DNA of 64,000 bases, from assembly GCA_043228905.1 (NCBI GenBank), contig JBHGNT010000017.1, positions 7,998,001 through 8,062,000 on the forward strand. The letters run 5' to 3'. The stretch comes from Azolla caroliniana (lineage: Eukaryota > Plantae > Polypodiophyta). The notes under the pieces were generated by a model that was not told the origin of the DNA, searched no databases, and was given only the letters and a program-made list of their open reading frames with translations. Numbering within the stretch: position 1 is the first letter of the stretch; each line of letters starts with the position of its first letter. A program made the position numbers and the translations under genes. This document shows positions 1 through 11,133 of this stretch, in pieces.

Positions 1-592
1 CTGGCCGCGGTTGTTGCTTTACGCGTTGTGGGCGGACCGAACTACGCACAGTTCGGTAACCGGATTCATGCCGGCAGAACTCATGTTTGGGCAGAAGCCG
101 GTCATGCCGATGGAACGTACGATCTCCTCGTGGGCAACCGTGGACTCGAGAGACGAGATGAACTGGGAGGAGCTGCTGGCGGCCCGTATACGACAGCTCG
201 AGCGAAGACCGGAGGACGTGGAGCAGGCTGCGAAAAAGCTTCGGGAAGCAAGGATGAGGAACAAAGCCCGGTTCGACCGAACGCACCGGCTCCGACTGAA
301 GAAGATCGAGGAAGGCGACTAGGTGCTAGTCTATGACAGCAGCCTTGACAACCAGCACCGAGCGACACGGAAGTTCGCAAGAAGGTGGTTCGGGCCTTAC
401 GTGGTACAAAGCGCCAACGACAACGGGACGTACCATCTGGCGGAACTCGACGGTACGAGAATGGCGATACCGGTAGCGGGGAAGCGGATCAAAGCGTTCA
501 AGAAGCGTCACGACGACGAGCCGGATCCGGTTGGCCTGGACCGCGACGACGAACGATCGGAAACCGAGGAAGAACCGACGGGCAGGGAATGA
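1..592 (+). pseudogene. Ty3/gypsy integrase C-terminal part (degenerate; 3' end of an upstream element)
   Basis: ORFs 11..322 and 323..592 are in frame across one stop: YALWADRTTHSSVTGFMPAELMFG...KFARRWFGPYVV...GTYHLAELDG (GPY motif). The purine-rich PPT-like GTTAGGTGGGGGCGGA follows at 651-666. Confidence 0.85.
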
Positions 593-666
593 AGGCTGGA
601 CCGGTTTTCTCCGTCCCAACTCAATTTTGGCGCATGCTGGTGGATGCGCGGTTAGGTGGGGGCGGA

Positions 667-1322
667 TGTCGTGAAGAAAACCGTCCACAAGCGGAATCGG
701 TGCACAGGAGCGTAGGAACCGGCTCTTCTCGAATGTTGTCCATAGAAGATGCTAGGCGGGTAGATTTAGTGGGTAGGAAGTAAAGGGGAAACGGCTCCTT
801 CCTTGCCTATAAAAAGGAGGGAGACGAGAAGGGAAAGGGATCGCGGAGAGTCGAGGACGAAGTGCTGTCGTTTTGCGTGCGAAGGCTTCTCTCTCTCTCT
901 CTCTGGTTCGCAAACTCCATAGCTTCCTTCTATGCAGGTTTCGGGAGGCTCGCGCTGTCTAAGGAATGCCCGAGTGCTTCCGGCAGCACCTCCAACCTGC
1001 TCCTGTCTTTCTGTGCGTTTACGAACAGGCATCGGCATCTGTTCGCCGGCCTGTTCGGTTGTAACCGACTTCGTGGTTTTGTTGTCTTCGTGTTCTTGTT
1101 GTTTGTCTTTGTTAATACATACATACATTCGTGTCTTTCTGTGTCGCTGTCCCACTTGCGTCTTTGCGTCGAAGGGCCGTGTCCCTGTGGATCTACGCTC
1201 GCACGTAGAGGTTCTCTTCTCCTTCCTCTCTTGCTCTTTGGTACAGGACCCCCGAGGTTCCGCCTCATTCCACGCTTCCGCGAGGAATACCTCGACAACG
1301 CGAAGAGCGTAACGACTCGACA
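667..1322 (+). repeat. LTR of the host gypsy family (TGTCG...CGACA)
   Basis: Starts TGTCGTGAAGAAAACC straight after the PPT and ends GAAGAGCGTAACGACTCGACA. TATAAAAA lies at about 808. The same termini recur at 14405-15049. Confidence 0.85.
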
Positions 1323-1365
1323 TATTTAGTGAACCTGACATGACACAGGCAGCAAAGGAGTGAAG

Positions 1366-2620
1366 GATGAGGGGATCCAAGCTTGCTGAAGTTATGGCCG
1401 TAGTCGTCGACCGGCTAGTGAGCGCTCGCGAGGGAACGGGTGCCCTCGATAGGGCCATTGAGTCGATCGTCCGCACCATAGGTCGATTCGGTGGGAAGAC
1501 CGCCACGAGCTACTTGGAGGCCTGACGGGCTGAAATGATCATGAGGGATATCTCGGTGGACAGGCCGTTGTCCGGATTCCCTCGGATGGTGATGCCGAGC
1601 ATCCAGGCAGAGGTGGTCGAGGTGTTGGTCGGATGCCAGACATGGGAGGAGTTCGAGTTGTGCCTCCTCGAGATTGATGGGTTCAATGACTCGCTTCGAA
1701 TGTTGAAGCGAGACTTCATGGCGTGGGTTGAGAGCCCTGGGAAGGGGAGGAACACGTCGGCGCTCCCTCCAGGAGTTCGAAAAACGGTTCGCACGGCTGT
1801 CAACGCTGGACCGGACCGTGCTCGACACAAGCCAGGTACTACTATTCATCAAGTCGGTGGACACCATGGACCGGGAGAAGGTGGGTCTCCTATTGGAAAC
1901 GGATGAAGTGCTCATGGCAGACTGGGCCATGGTAAGGAGGGTCTGTTGTCGTTTTGACAAGCGGCGCGAGTGGAGCGACAAGGGCTCGTTGGCGGCAAGG
2001 CCGGTCCCAACGAGGGAGCTTGAGGAGCCAATGCCGGTACCGGCTAGGAAGGAAGAAACTCGGAGTTGGTTTGAGATGGGCTCAGCCCCGAGTGGAGTGG
2101 TCAAAGGTCCCTCCGCAGAGGCGGCCCTAAAAGAGTTGTCGCAGATAGTGCGAGATCTCCAAATGGCACAGGCCCGAAGGGACAACAACAAACAATCTCG
2201 TGACCGAAGACCGTCGGCGGGGCAGCGGTGCATGTGGTGCAACGCGGTCGGCCACATCCAGAAAGAATGCGCGGATTTCGCTGAGGCACTCAGGACCAAC
2301 GTGGTGTACCTCTAGAACGGGCGGGTGCACGCGAGCGAGACCCAGAAATCCCTAGAGTTGATGGAAGAGGGCGCGGCAGAATGAAGCGGTTGATGGAAGA
2401 GGCCGCGGCACGACATGCAGAGGTCGTTAACTACTCGGCATCGGCGGTAATCCAGGTCGGGGATGATGAGGCCCGGAAAGCGAAGGACTCCGGATTTTCG
2501 CCACTGGTGCTAGAGGGTCTCTCCGGAGTACGACTGAAGAAGGAAGAGGCAGACCGCGCGGAACAGCAGAACCGGGAGGTCACCGGATGGGACGACCCGA
2601 TGGAAGAAAAGACTGGCTTC
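1366..2620 (+). pseudogene. gag of the host gypsy element (frameshifted)
   Basis: Fragmented ORFs 1535..1906, 1728..2315 and 2381..2662, with zinc knuckle CMWCNAVGHIQKEC. Confidence 0.75.
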
Positions 2621-2621
2621 G

Positions 2622-5600
2622 TGGCCCGTCCAAGAACTCGACAGGTGGTGGGGGTGTCGTAAGACGGCCCAGAATTGAACTTGTAGTATAAGGTTCCTAA
2701 AGGGATACATGAAACACCGGATGAAGATGCATGTGCGGAGGGAGGTCAAGACGAAATGCAACATCACTTATCTTACCAGTGATCATGTAAGGGCCAAAAC
2801 GTTGGTAATCCAATTTACTGCAAGGTCGAGTGGTCTTGATGTTGTGTTGGAGAAGCCATACATGATCCCCAATGTGGAACTTTTTTGAGGAGTCTAGATG
2901 ATGACGATCAGCAAGCCTCTTGTGTGTAAATTGAGCATCGTGCAAATTGTGGAGAATGTTAGCTTGAATTTCTTGGAGGGGACTAAGACGATCCTCGGCA
3001 GTAGGGTTGGTAGGAACTTCTGGATGCACATTCATCGTCCACCGAGGATGACAGCCCGTATTTGCGAAAAATGGGGAATATCCTATGGAAGAATGGGTTG
3101 AGTTGTTGTAAGCGAATTCCGCCAAGTGCAAAAAAGCAACCCAATCATCTTGTTGATAGTTGATGAAACAACGAAGATATTGTTCCAATGTCTGGTTGGT
3201 ACGCTCTGTTTGGCCATTTGTTTCAGGATGATAGCCCGAAGAAAGCTTAACTGAAATGTGGAGAAGTTTGAACAGGTGCTTCCAAAACTTTGAGATGAAT
3301 TGTGGACCACGATCACTAATAATATCATCCGGCAGACCATGATGCTTAAATACCTCCCGCATAACGAGATCAGCCGTCTCTTGACTAGTAATCGACTTTG
3401 TACATGGCAAGAAATGTGCCATTTTGGTAAATCGATCAACCACTGTGAGAATTGCATCAAAACCTTTTGAAACTGGGAGATCAGTAATGAAGTCCAAGGA
3501 TATAGACTTCCAAGGTGTTTCCGGAATGGGAAGTGGTTGTAGTAAGCCATAGGGTCGGTGACGAGGATTCTTTGATCGACAACATATATCACAACTTCGA
3601 ACATACTCCTCAACAAAATGACGAAGGCGAGGCCACCAATAGCGTCGAGAAATTAATTCTAGAGTCTTGTGAACTCCAAAATGACCAGCCATTGGTGAGT
3701 CATGGCAATGTTGCAAAACTTGTAGCCGTGGGGGACCATCAGGAACATACAATAAATTTTGTCGAAATAGAAAACCATCATGCCAATAGATGCCAATAGA
3801 ACTTACAATAGTCATTATGAGGATTTTTCGACTATGAGCAAGAAGCACGATCCGGGACGATATGATCCAAAACATCCTTGGCGAAATCATCAGTGGCCAT
3901 ATGATCTCGAATGGAATCAAGAAGAGTGGAATTTTCAAGAGTTGTTATGGCGTTAACTACCATTAATCGTAATCGATTAGGATCCAAAAGGATTTGTTTT
4001 TGATGCTCAAATGCAGGTTCCCCTGGACGAAGTTCCATATAAGAGCGCTGAGAAAGAGCATCTGCTTTGCCTTGCTACATCCCAAGGTGATATATAATGA
4101 TAAAGTCAAAGTGAGTCAAAAATTGCGCCCACCGGGCTTGTCGCCGACTCAAGACTCGAGCATTTTGGAAATAAGTCAGGTTCTTATGATCATTGTAGAA
4201 AATGATCTGCTGAGTAGAACCTTCTACGAAATGTCGCCATTGTTGAAACGAATCCACGATTGCAAGAAGCTCTTTGTCATGGATCTCGTAGTTGATCTCT
4301 GCAGCTTCAAACTTTCGTGAATGAAAGGCGACAGGGTGTAGTTGTCCATCATCTCCAGTCTACGAGAGGACACTCCCTAGTGCAAAATCGGATGCATCGG
4401 CTTCGAGGATGAAGCGTTTTGTTGGGTCGACATGTGCTAAGATAGGTGCCGTTGTAAATGCTCGTTTTAAGCTTTCGAATGCCTCGGCTGCATCTGAACT
4501 CCATATCAATGGTTGATCTTTATGTGTAAGCTGAGTAAGCGAAAGCACAACCTTGGAATAATCTTTAATAAATTTTCGATAAAAATTTGCAAACCCAAGA
4601 AAACATTGCACATCACGCACTGAAAGGGGCGTTTGCCACTCTAAAATTGCTTGTACCTTCATGGGGTCCATAGCAATACCATTTGACGATACAACATGCC
4701 CCAAAATTTCCACTTGATTCTGGCCGAAACTACACTTTTCTAATTTTGCGTAGAGACCATATTCTCGGAGTCGGCGTAGTACTTGACGAACATGTTCATC
4801 ATGCTCCTCTTGGGTCTTTGAGTAGATTAAAATATCATCTAGGTAAACTATAGTGAAGATATCAAGAAAATCTCGAAAAATATCGTTCACCATATGTTGG
4901 AAAACAGCAGGTGCACTCCTGAGACCAAATGGCATCACTGTATACTCAAAATGTCCATAGCGAGTGCGGAAAGCTGTCTTCCATTCATCCCCCGGACGAA
5001 TCCGAACTAGATTATATGCTCCGCGAAGGTCCAATTTCGTGAAATATTTTGCAACACTAAGACGTTCCAAAAGATTCGGGATTAATGGTAGAGCATATCT
5101 ATTTCGGATAGTCACTTTGTTTAGCCCTCGATAATCCACGACCAACCGAAGAGTCCCATTCTTCTTCTTAACGAAGAAGATAGGTGCACCAGCAGGGGAT
5201 CTATAATGCCGAATTAATCCGTTTGCCAGATTCTCATCAATATATTCCCGCAAAGTCTCTAGCTCTACAGGGGAGAGATTATAAATTGGGCCCCATGGAG
5301 GTTCTTTCCCTGGTTGTAAGTCAATAGGGCAGTCGTATGGCCGATGCTCCGGCAATGTATTGGCCTTCACCTTATCAAAGACATCTGAAAACTCCTTGTA
5401 TTTCTCTGGTAGTTTAATATCCGCTTCACGTGAAGTGGATGATGGAGTTGCTATTATTGCAAAGACGAACATGGCCTCGTTCCCCCCTTCCTCCCGCAAC
5501 TGTCGTAAAGAGATGGGCGATAACTCCGGAGATCTATTAGCACATGTAGGAGAGAGGGATGCGGGATTTGTGCTTTTTTCCCGGGTCTCCTCAATGTTCT

Positions 5601-6047
5601 TTTCATCCAATCAATCTTCGGGTTATGGAGTTCAAACCAGGGGAGACCTAGAACTATTGGGTGGTCCGGACTACGAATAATATTGAAAGAGATTATGCTT
5701 GCCAAATTGCCAAGAACTATCCTAATTGGCTCGGACTCCTCGACTATATCTCCTGATGTTATGGGACGTCCATCAATGACTCCTATGGCTACAAGGCTGG
5801 AAAGCTTATTCAAGAGGATGTTTTGTGACAAGGCAAATTCACGATCCATGAAACAAGAGTTGGCTCCAGAATCTAGAAGGGCAGAGGCTAGGACTCGATG
5901 ACATGTAGATGTGGTAAGCTCGACTTGTGCTGAAAAAACTCGACTCACTTGATTTGATGAAATGGAACCACGACTAGGAACTAACTCTACATAGCTAGGA
6001 TGGTCCAGCCAAATGGCTCCTATTTTGGCCGGACTTACTCGTTTAAC
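2622..6047 (-). pseudogene. pol (PR-RT-RNaseH-IN) of the nested chromovirus, with a few stops and frameshifts
   Basis: ORFs 5454..5948 (protease), 4360..5610 (RT/RH), 4075..4257, 3832..4038 and 2697..3938 (integrase). Confidence 0.9.
5996..6047 (-). promoter_or_regulatory. Putative -1 ribosomal frameshift signal (G TTA AAC, 6-nt spacer, 11-bp stem, possible pseudoknot)
   Basis: The minus strand reads GTTAAAC GAGTAA GTCCGGCCAAA ATAGGAGCCA TTTGGCTGGAC CATCCTA. The -1 frame is open from the slippery site into the protease ORF. Confidence 0.75.
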
Positions 6048-7159
6048 ACATCCTCTAATTGACTCAAGACATCGAATCTATTCTCATGACATGGACTATG
6101 AGGCTTATTTATGTTATTAGAAGTAATAATAGAACTCGAGGTAGGGTTTTCATGGGCACTTACTTGGTATACTTGACGCCTAGGTTTATGTGGACAATTT
6201 ACAACTATATGTCCTGGACCGCCACAATACAGGCAGAGGCGATGCGCTCGACGTCGTTGCTTCTCAGCATCTGATAATGGCCCACGACGTTGTGTTGACT
6301 CTATTTCCATCGAAGTTGGGCCATCCCTTGTAATGGGTCTAGAAACGTGTGGAGGCGTTGCGACTACGGAAGCATAAATCTGCTCAGGTTGGCGGCGTAA
6401 CATTTGTTGGCGCTCAGAACGTCGCTCAAATAGGCGATTATCACATCGCACAGCTCGACTAATGGCTTCTGTAAGTGACTTCGGATCTTCAGGGAAAGTA
6501 AGAAGAAGATCTTTGAACTCATTTCTCAAACCTTGACGGAATTGATCCATTAAAGCTGCCTCATCCCAAGGGATATCGCATGCCAAGCGACGGAACTCGG
6601 CTGCATAAGACAACGCGGGACGATCTCCTTGTCGGAGCCTTCGAATCTTGTTTATCGTTGTCCTAGTGTTGTCGGTGTCTCTGAAACTAGCTTGAAACTC
6701 TTTAACAAATGCCTTGAAATCCTCCAGCAATGGCGATTTCTTCTCGAGAAGTGGTGCGAACCATGCTAACGCTGTACCGCGTAACAAAGTTCCCACTAAT
6801 CCCACACGAGCAGCATCAGTTGGATACCGATTGGGATGTAGCTGAATAACTAGACGAACTTGATTCAAAAAGCCTCGAAATAAAGACCTCGTACCATCAA
6901 ACTTGGCAGGGAGGCTGATCTTTGGCTCTCTAGGGGAGTTCTGAGCCCCCGACGCTTGCTCTCGTAATGACAATATAGTCGCCTCAAGTTGATGAACCCG
7001 TTGTGATAACTCTTCATATTGTTGAGCTTTTTCGGCGCCCACGTGTTGTAGATCTCCAAGTAGCCTTTGATTCTCATGCTCTAATGCCACAAATTTATTC
7101 GTGAGCATGTCGAGCTCAGAAAGAACACGCATGTATTCTTGTTTGCTCACGGACTCCAT
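6035..7159 (-). CDS. Intact retrotransposon Gag (PEG10/RTL1-like capsid plus CCHC knuckle), 374 aa
   Basis: Has an N-terminal coiled coil, PAKFDGTRSLFRGFLNQ, LRQGDRPALSYAAEFRRLA and RLCLYCGGPGHIVVNCP. Confidence 0.85.
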   Translation of the reverse strand: MESVSKQEYMRVLSELDMLTNKFVALEHENQRLLGDLQHVGAEKAQQYEELSQRVHQLEATILSLREQASGAQNSPREPKISLPAKFDGTRSLFRGFLNQVRLVIQLHPNRYPTDAARVGLVGTLLRGTALAWFAPLLEKKSPLLEDFKAFVKEFQASFRDTDNTRTTINKIRRLRQGDRPALSYAAEFRRLACDIPWDEAALMDQFRQGLRNEFKDLLLTFPEDPKSLTEAISRAVRCDNRLFERRSERQQMLRRQPEQIYASVVATPPHVSRPITRDGPTSMEIESTQRRGPLSDAEKQRRRAHRLCLYCGGPGHIVVNCPHKPRRQVYQVSAHENPTSSSIITSNNINKPHSPCHENRFDVLSQLEDVLNE

Positions 7160-7233
7160 AGCTTATGAGGGGAGAGGAGAAGGAAGAAGAGAACTTGTTA
7201 GGGTTTGTGGAAGACGAAGAGATGAAAGGAAAA

Positions 7234-7245
7234 AAATTGGTTCAA
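7234..7245 (-). promoter_or_regulatory. Self-priming type primer-binding site
   Basis: TTGAACCAATTT lies 2 nt after the LTR and is exactly complementary to AAATTGGTTCAA at 7371-7360 inside the LTR. Confidence 0.75.
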
Positions 7246-7247
7246 AC

Positions 7248-7719
7248 TGTCAAGACTGAGAGAGAGAAAGAGAGAGAAAAAGAGATAGAGAGATAATTGA
7301 AAGAGAATTATTATATTGAAGCGTAAAATGGATTACAAAGAGTAGGCTACAAAATGGCGTTGAACCAATTTAGGTTTGGGATGGGTGGTAGATCCCTATT
7401 TATAAGTAATAGAGAACACTCTAGAATATTCTAGGTTATCCTAGAATGTAGAGTAATCTAGAAGATCTCTAGAGTATTCTAGAAGGTTCTAGTGGTATAG
7501 AACACTCTAGAATATTCTAGGTCATTCTAGAATGTAGAGTAATATAGAATATTCCTATGATATTAGATTTCATATTCTAGAGACTATACATATAAGAATA
7601 TTAATACAATGGTTAAGGATTTGACATGTGTACAACAAGGTCGTGGGTTCAAATCCTTTCGAGTCATAATGTGAGTGTCATGATTCCTTTCGATGCATGA
7701 TGTGACTGTTATCATGACA
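7248..7719 (-). repeat. 5' LTR of the nested chromovirus
   Basis: Termini are TGTCATGA...TCTTGACA, with TATAAATA at 7404-7397. U3 contains repeated CTAGAATATTCTAG palindromes. The host protease resumes at 7720. Confidence 0.85.
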
Positions 7720-10700
7720 AAGGCCACTATGGAAACCCCTTTTCGGATCGGCGACGTCCAGGAGCCGGTGGTGGCATTGGTAGACCACGGTTCGAAGATC
7801 AACCTGATGTCCATGCACTTCTATAAAAAGGGGAAATGGCCGATCAACACAAAGCACTGGTTGAAGATATGTGCGGCGACGCGCGCTACAGAGGAGTTGC
7901 ATGGTGCATGCCCGAATGTACGCGTGAAGATCGGCGACGTCGAGATAGATCAACATTTCTTCGTGCAGGAGACTTCCTCGCACCCGGTAATTCTCGGCAA
8001 ACCGTACATTACGGCAGCACGCATGGAGACGAAAGTACTGGACAACGGTTCGGCGTATGCGCGCGTCAAGAGCCAATACGGTCGGCATTCCGTCCAATTC
8101 GTGACAATGCGACCCAATCACGAGCGAAACCGCGAGACCCTTGGCAGCGACAGCTGATGGGATTTTTAGAGAGGCCTATCAAGGCGTCGGGCCACGATAG
8201 TCCAAACACCCAAGAAGAACCCCACACATGTATTATAGGTAGGAATTTTTGGCTCTCCGAAAACGGAGGTTGTACGTTGACCGGCATCAGTAGCCAAGAG
8301 AGGAAGCGGGCGGAGAGACGTCTTAGGGTGTGTGGAGTCCTCTCCCCCGAAGAAGAAATTAGCGGCGCCATGGAGGTGGTCTCTTTTGACGACACCTTGG
8401 GCGAATTACGGAAGGTGGTCGGTGAAGGCCTTAGCGAAGACCGGACCGTTCTGGTTAGCTCGATGGGAATGTACGAAGTCATCGCGGACTTTGGGGAGAG
8501 GATCAGGTCGGATCGAACGGCCCGCGTGGATACGAAGTATAAGACTGTGGATAAAAGGGGTCGCGTCGGACCCAAGTTTACGGAATCCAGCCGGCATAGG
8601 GCACCGGTTCACCGACATAACGCTATGGGAGCTCAAGGTTGGTGGGGGTGGCTTTCTACTGCAGGAGGAGGACCGGTTTCGGAGGATGCTCAGAAGGCAC
8701 GGGAAGGCCTTCGCATTCTCGCCGGAGGAGATCGGGTGTGTAGACCCGACAATCGTCGAGCCAATGGTGATCTTCACGGTACCACATGTGCCGTGGAATC
8801 TCAAACCGATTCTGGTACCCAGAGCTCACATCCCAAAGCTGATGGAGCTGCTGAAACAGAAGGTGGAGATGGGCATCCTCAAACCGTCGAGTGCCCCATA
8901 TTCGAATCGGTGGTTTACAGTGCTGAAGAAGAACGGCACATTGCGCTTCATACAGGACCTGCAGCTAGTCAACAAGGTGACCATTCGAAACGCAGGTATC
9001 AGACTGACCATTGATGAGTTCGCGGAGGCCTTCGCGGGGAGGTCGATCTACTCGGTCGGGGATCTGTACTCAGGGTACGATCAGTTCCAACAAGTCGTAG
9101 AGAGCAGGGACATCACGACAATGCGGACTCCTCTTGGCTTCGTGCGGATGTGTACCCTACCGCAAGGAGGAACGAATTCGGTGGTGCACATGGTGAACGC
9201 AATGAACAAGGTGTTGAAGGACTGCATCTTGGACATCACTATGTTGTTCCGAAACGACCTACCGATAAAAGGGTGTCCGGTGGAGGATGCAGACGAAACG
9301 GTCGGGTCAGACAGATGTCGGAGGTTCGTCGTAAACCAGATCAACGACTGCGATAAGGTGTTGCAGAGACTCAAGGGCGCGCGGCTCACCTTCTCTGGAG
9401 AGAAATCATTGTTCGAGCAGACAGAGATCCTGGTAGTCGGACACCTGTGCAGGCCCTATGGCCGGAAACTGTCCCCGGCAAAGGTAGAAGCCATCTCCAT
9501 GCTGAAGGAAGATTGTGGGTCGGTTACGGAAGTCCACTGATTCTTGGGTACGTGCACGTTCTACCACATCTGGATTCCGCACTACGCACATGTCGCGGAA
9601 CCGCTCTACAGGCTATTGAAGAAAGGGCGTAGGTTCTAGTAGAGGATGGAGCACACGGAGTCGGTCCGAAGACTGAAGGAGGCGCTTGTTGCGGCACCTG
9701 CTCTCCGGAAAGCGATTTATGGCAAGGAAGTCCCCATCTACGTGACGGTGGACACGAGCCCGACCGGGATCGGGTGGGTGATCAGTCAGGAGGACAAGGA
9801 CGGCATACAGTTCCCGATCTGGTTCAGGGCGAAGGTATTGAGCGAGCGGCAGCGAGGATACACCCAAGTTAAGTGCGAGCTATGGGGTATCATTTCGACA
9901 GTAAAGGCCGACAAAGACTATCTGATCGGGACGGAAGTAATCATTAAGACGGATTGCCTACCGATTCTCGGTATGGTTTCTGGATGCGCGATGCCAGACC
10001 TGGCAATGCTCCGGTGGATAGCGTACGTCAAGTCCCTGAATCCGGAAATGTGACGCATTTCCGGAAAGGACAACGCCATGGCCGACATGCTTTCGAGGGC
10101 GCGGTCCAGCGACGAGGACGACATGGTTTCGGAAGACGAAGAAGTCGGCGAGGACTTCTTCGGATTAGCTGGCGTGACAACTGGGACGGGGAGCACTCCG
10201 GCGCTTAACAAGTTCGACGAGAGTGAATACGACGGAGAGTGGCTCCAGATCAGGAGGTTCCTACGGACGATGACGCCGGACGCGGCGTGGACAAGAGAAG
10301 AGGCCTGCCAGGTGCGGAAGAAGGCATACCGGTTCTTCCTACGGGAAGGGCGCATATGGAAGCACCCGAAGAAGCGAAGTGGCACCCCACTCTGCGTAGT
10401 GACAAGGGAGGACGAGCAGAAAGCGCTGCTTATGGCGTACCATGAGAGTCCTTGGGCCGGACACCGCGGGACATGGGCCACATTCGAGAAGCTAAAGGGG
10501 AAGTACTGGTGGCCGGGACTATACCGGGATGCGCAACGGTTCGTAACGACTTGCGAAAGCTGTCAGATGCACTCCATAGTCCGACATCGAGACGAGCTTC
10601 ACCCGACCTACCCTCCGATCGTCCACTTCAAGTGGATGGTGGATCTGGTGATGATGTTGATGGGGGTAGGGCAGATGCGATGTCTGGTGCTGGCTCGGGA

Positions 10701-10796
10701 GGACCTGACGAACCAGGTGGAAGGACAAGCATTGCAGAACAAAACGATCGCGGCCATGTGCCGGTTTCTAATCGAAGATGTGGTATGCCGGTACGG
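7720..10796 (+). pseudogene. Protease, RT, RNase H and integrase N-half of the host gypsy
   Basis: ALVDHGSKINLM (protease); DLYSGYDQF and TLPQGGTNS (RT); VTVDTSPTGIGW (RH); YHESPWAGHRG..CESCQ (IN zinc finger). Several stops and frameshifts. Confidence 0.85.
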
Positions 10797-11067
10797 TGAT
10801 AGGAATGCACCCTCCCTTTGCACAACACTCGGCCACAACCGAGTCTAAAATCAAACACAAAAAACGGGTAATGAACAGACGACACAGTGAAGAGAAGAGT
10901 ACACAGAATGTTAACGTGGAAAAACCCAAACTAGGGAAAAAACCACGGCAGCCCACAGACTGCAAACTATCACTATATCAAAATGTACAATAGTAAAGGA
11001 CCGAAGCAACGACCTCGAGCTTGCTATCTTCACCACAGGCGACGGTTACAACAGAGGCGAAAACCTC

Positions 11068-11133
<66 letters not shown>

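Larger units (their letters stand above)
2622..7719 (-). mobile_element. Ty3/gypsy chromovirus-type (Tcn1/sushi-like) retrotransposon, 3'-truncated, nested in the host gypsy
   Basis: Order is 5' LTR 7248-7719, gag 6035-7159, PR (ALLDSGANSCF), RT (YLDD), RH (LEADASDFALG) and IN (HHCC, ISLDFITDLP, GQTER, HPVFHVSL). It breaks off at ...PPPPVEFLDGP, just before the expected chromodomain. Confidence 0.9.

Noticed and set aside
766-2299. Long antisense and LTR ORFs (766..1506, 862..1329, 1415..2299)
   Set aside because: Shadow ORFs of GC-rich retroelement sequence with no recognisable motifs.
6035-7159. Domesticated PEG10/RTL-like gene
   Set aside because: The gag is still embedded in an LTR-PBS-pol element nested in another TE, so it is simply a well-preserved retrotransposon ORF.
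7625-7670. tRNA-like fragment (GGTCGTGGGTTCAAATCC) in the LTR
   Set aside because: It resembles a T-arm/B-box, but I could not build a full cloverleaf or acceptor stem, so it is not called as a tRNA.
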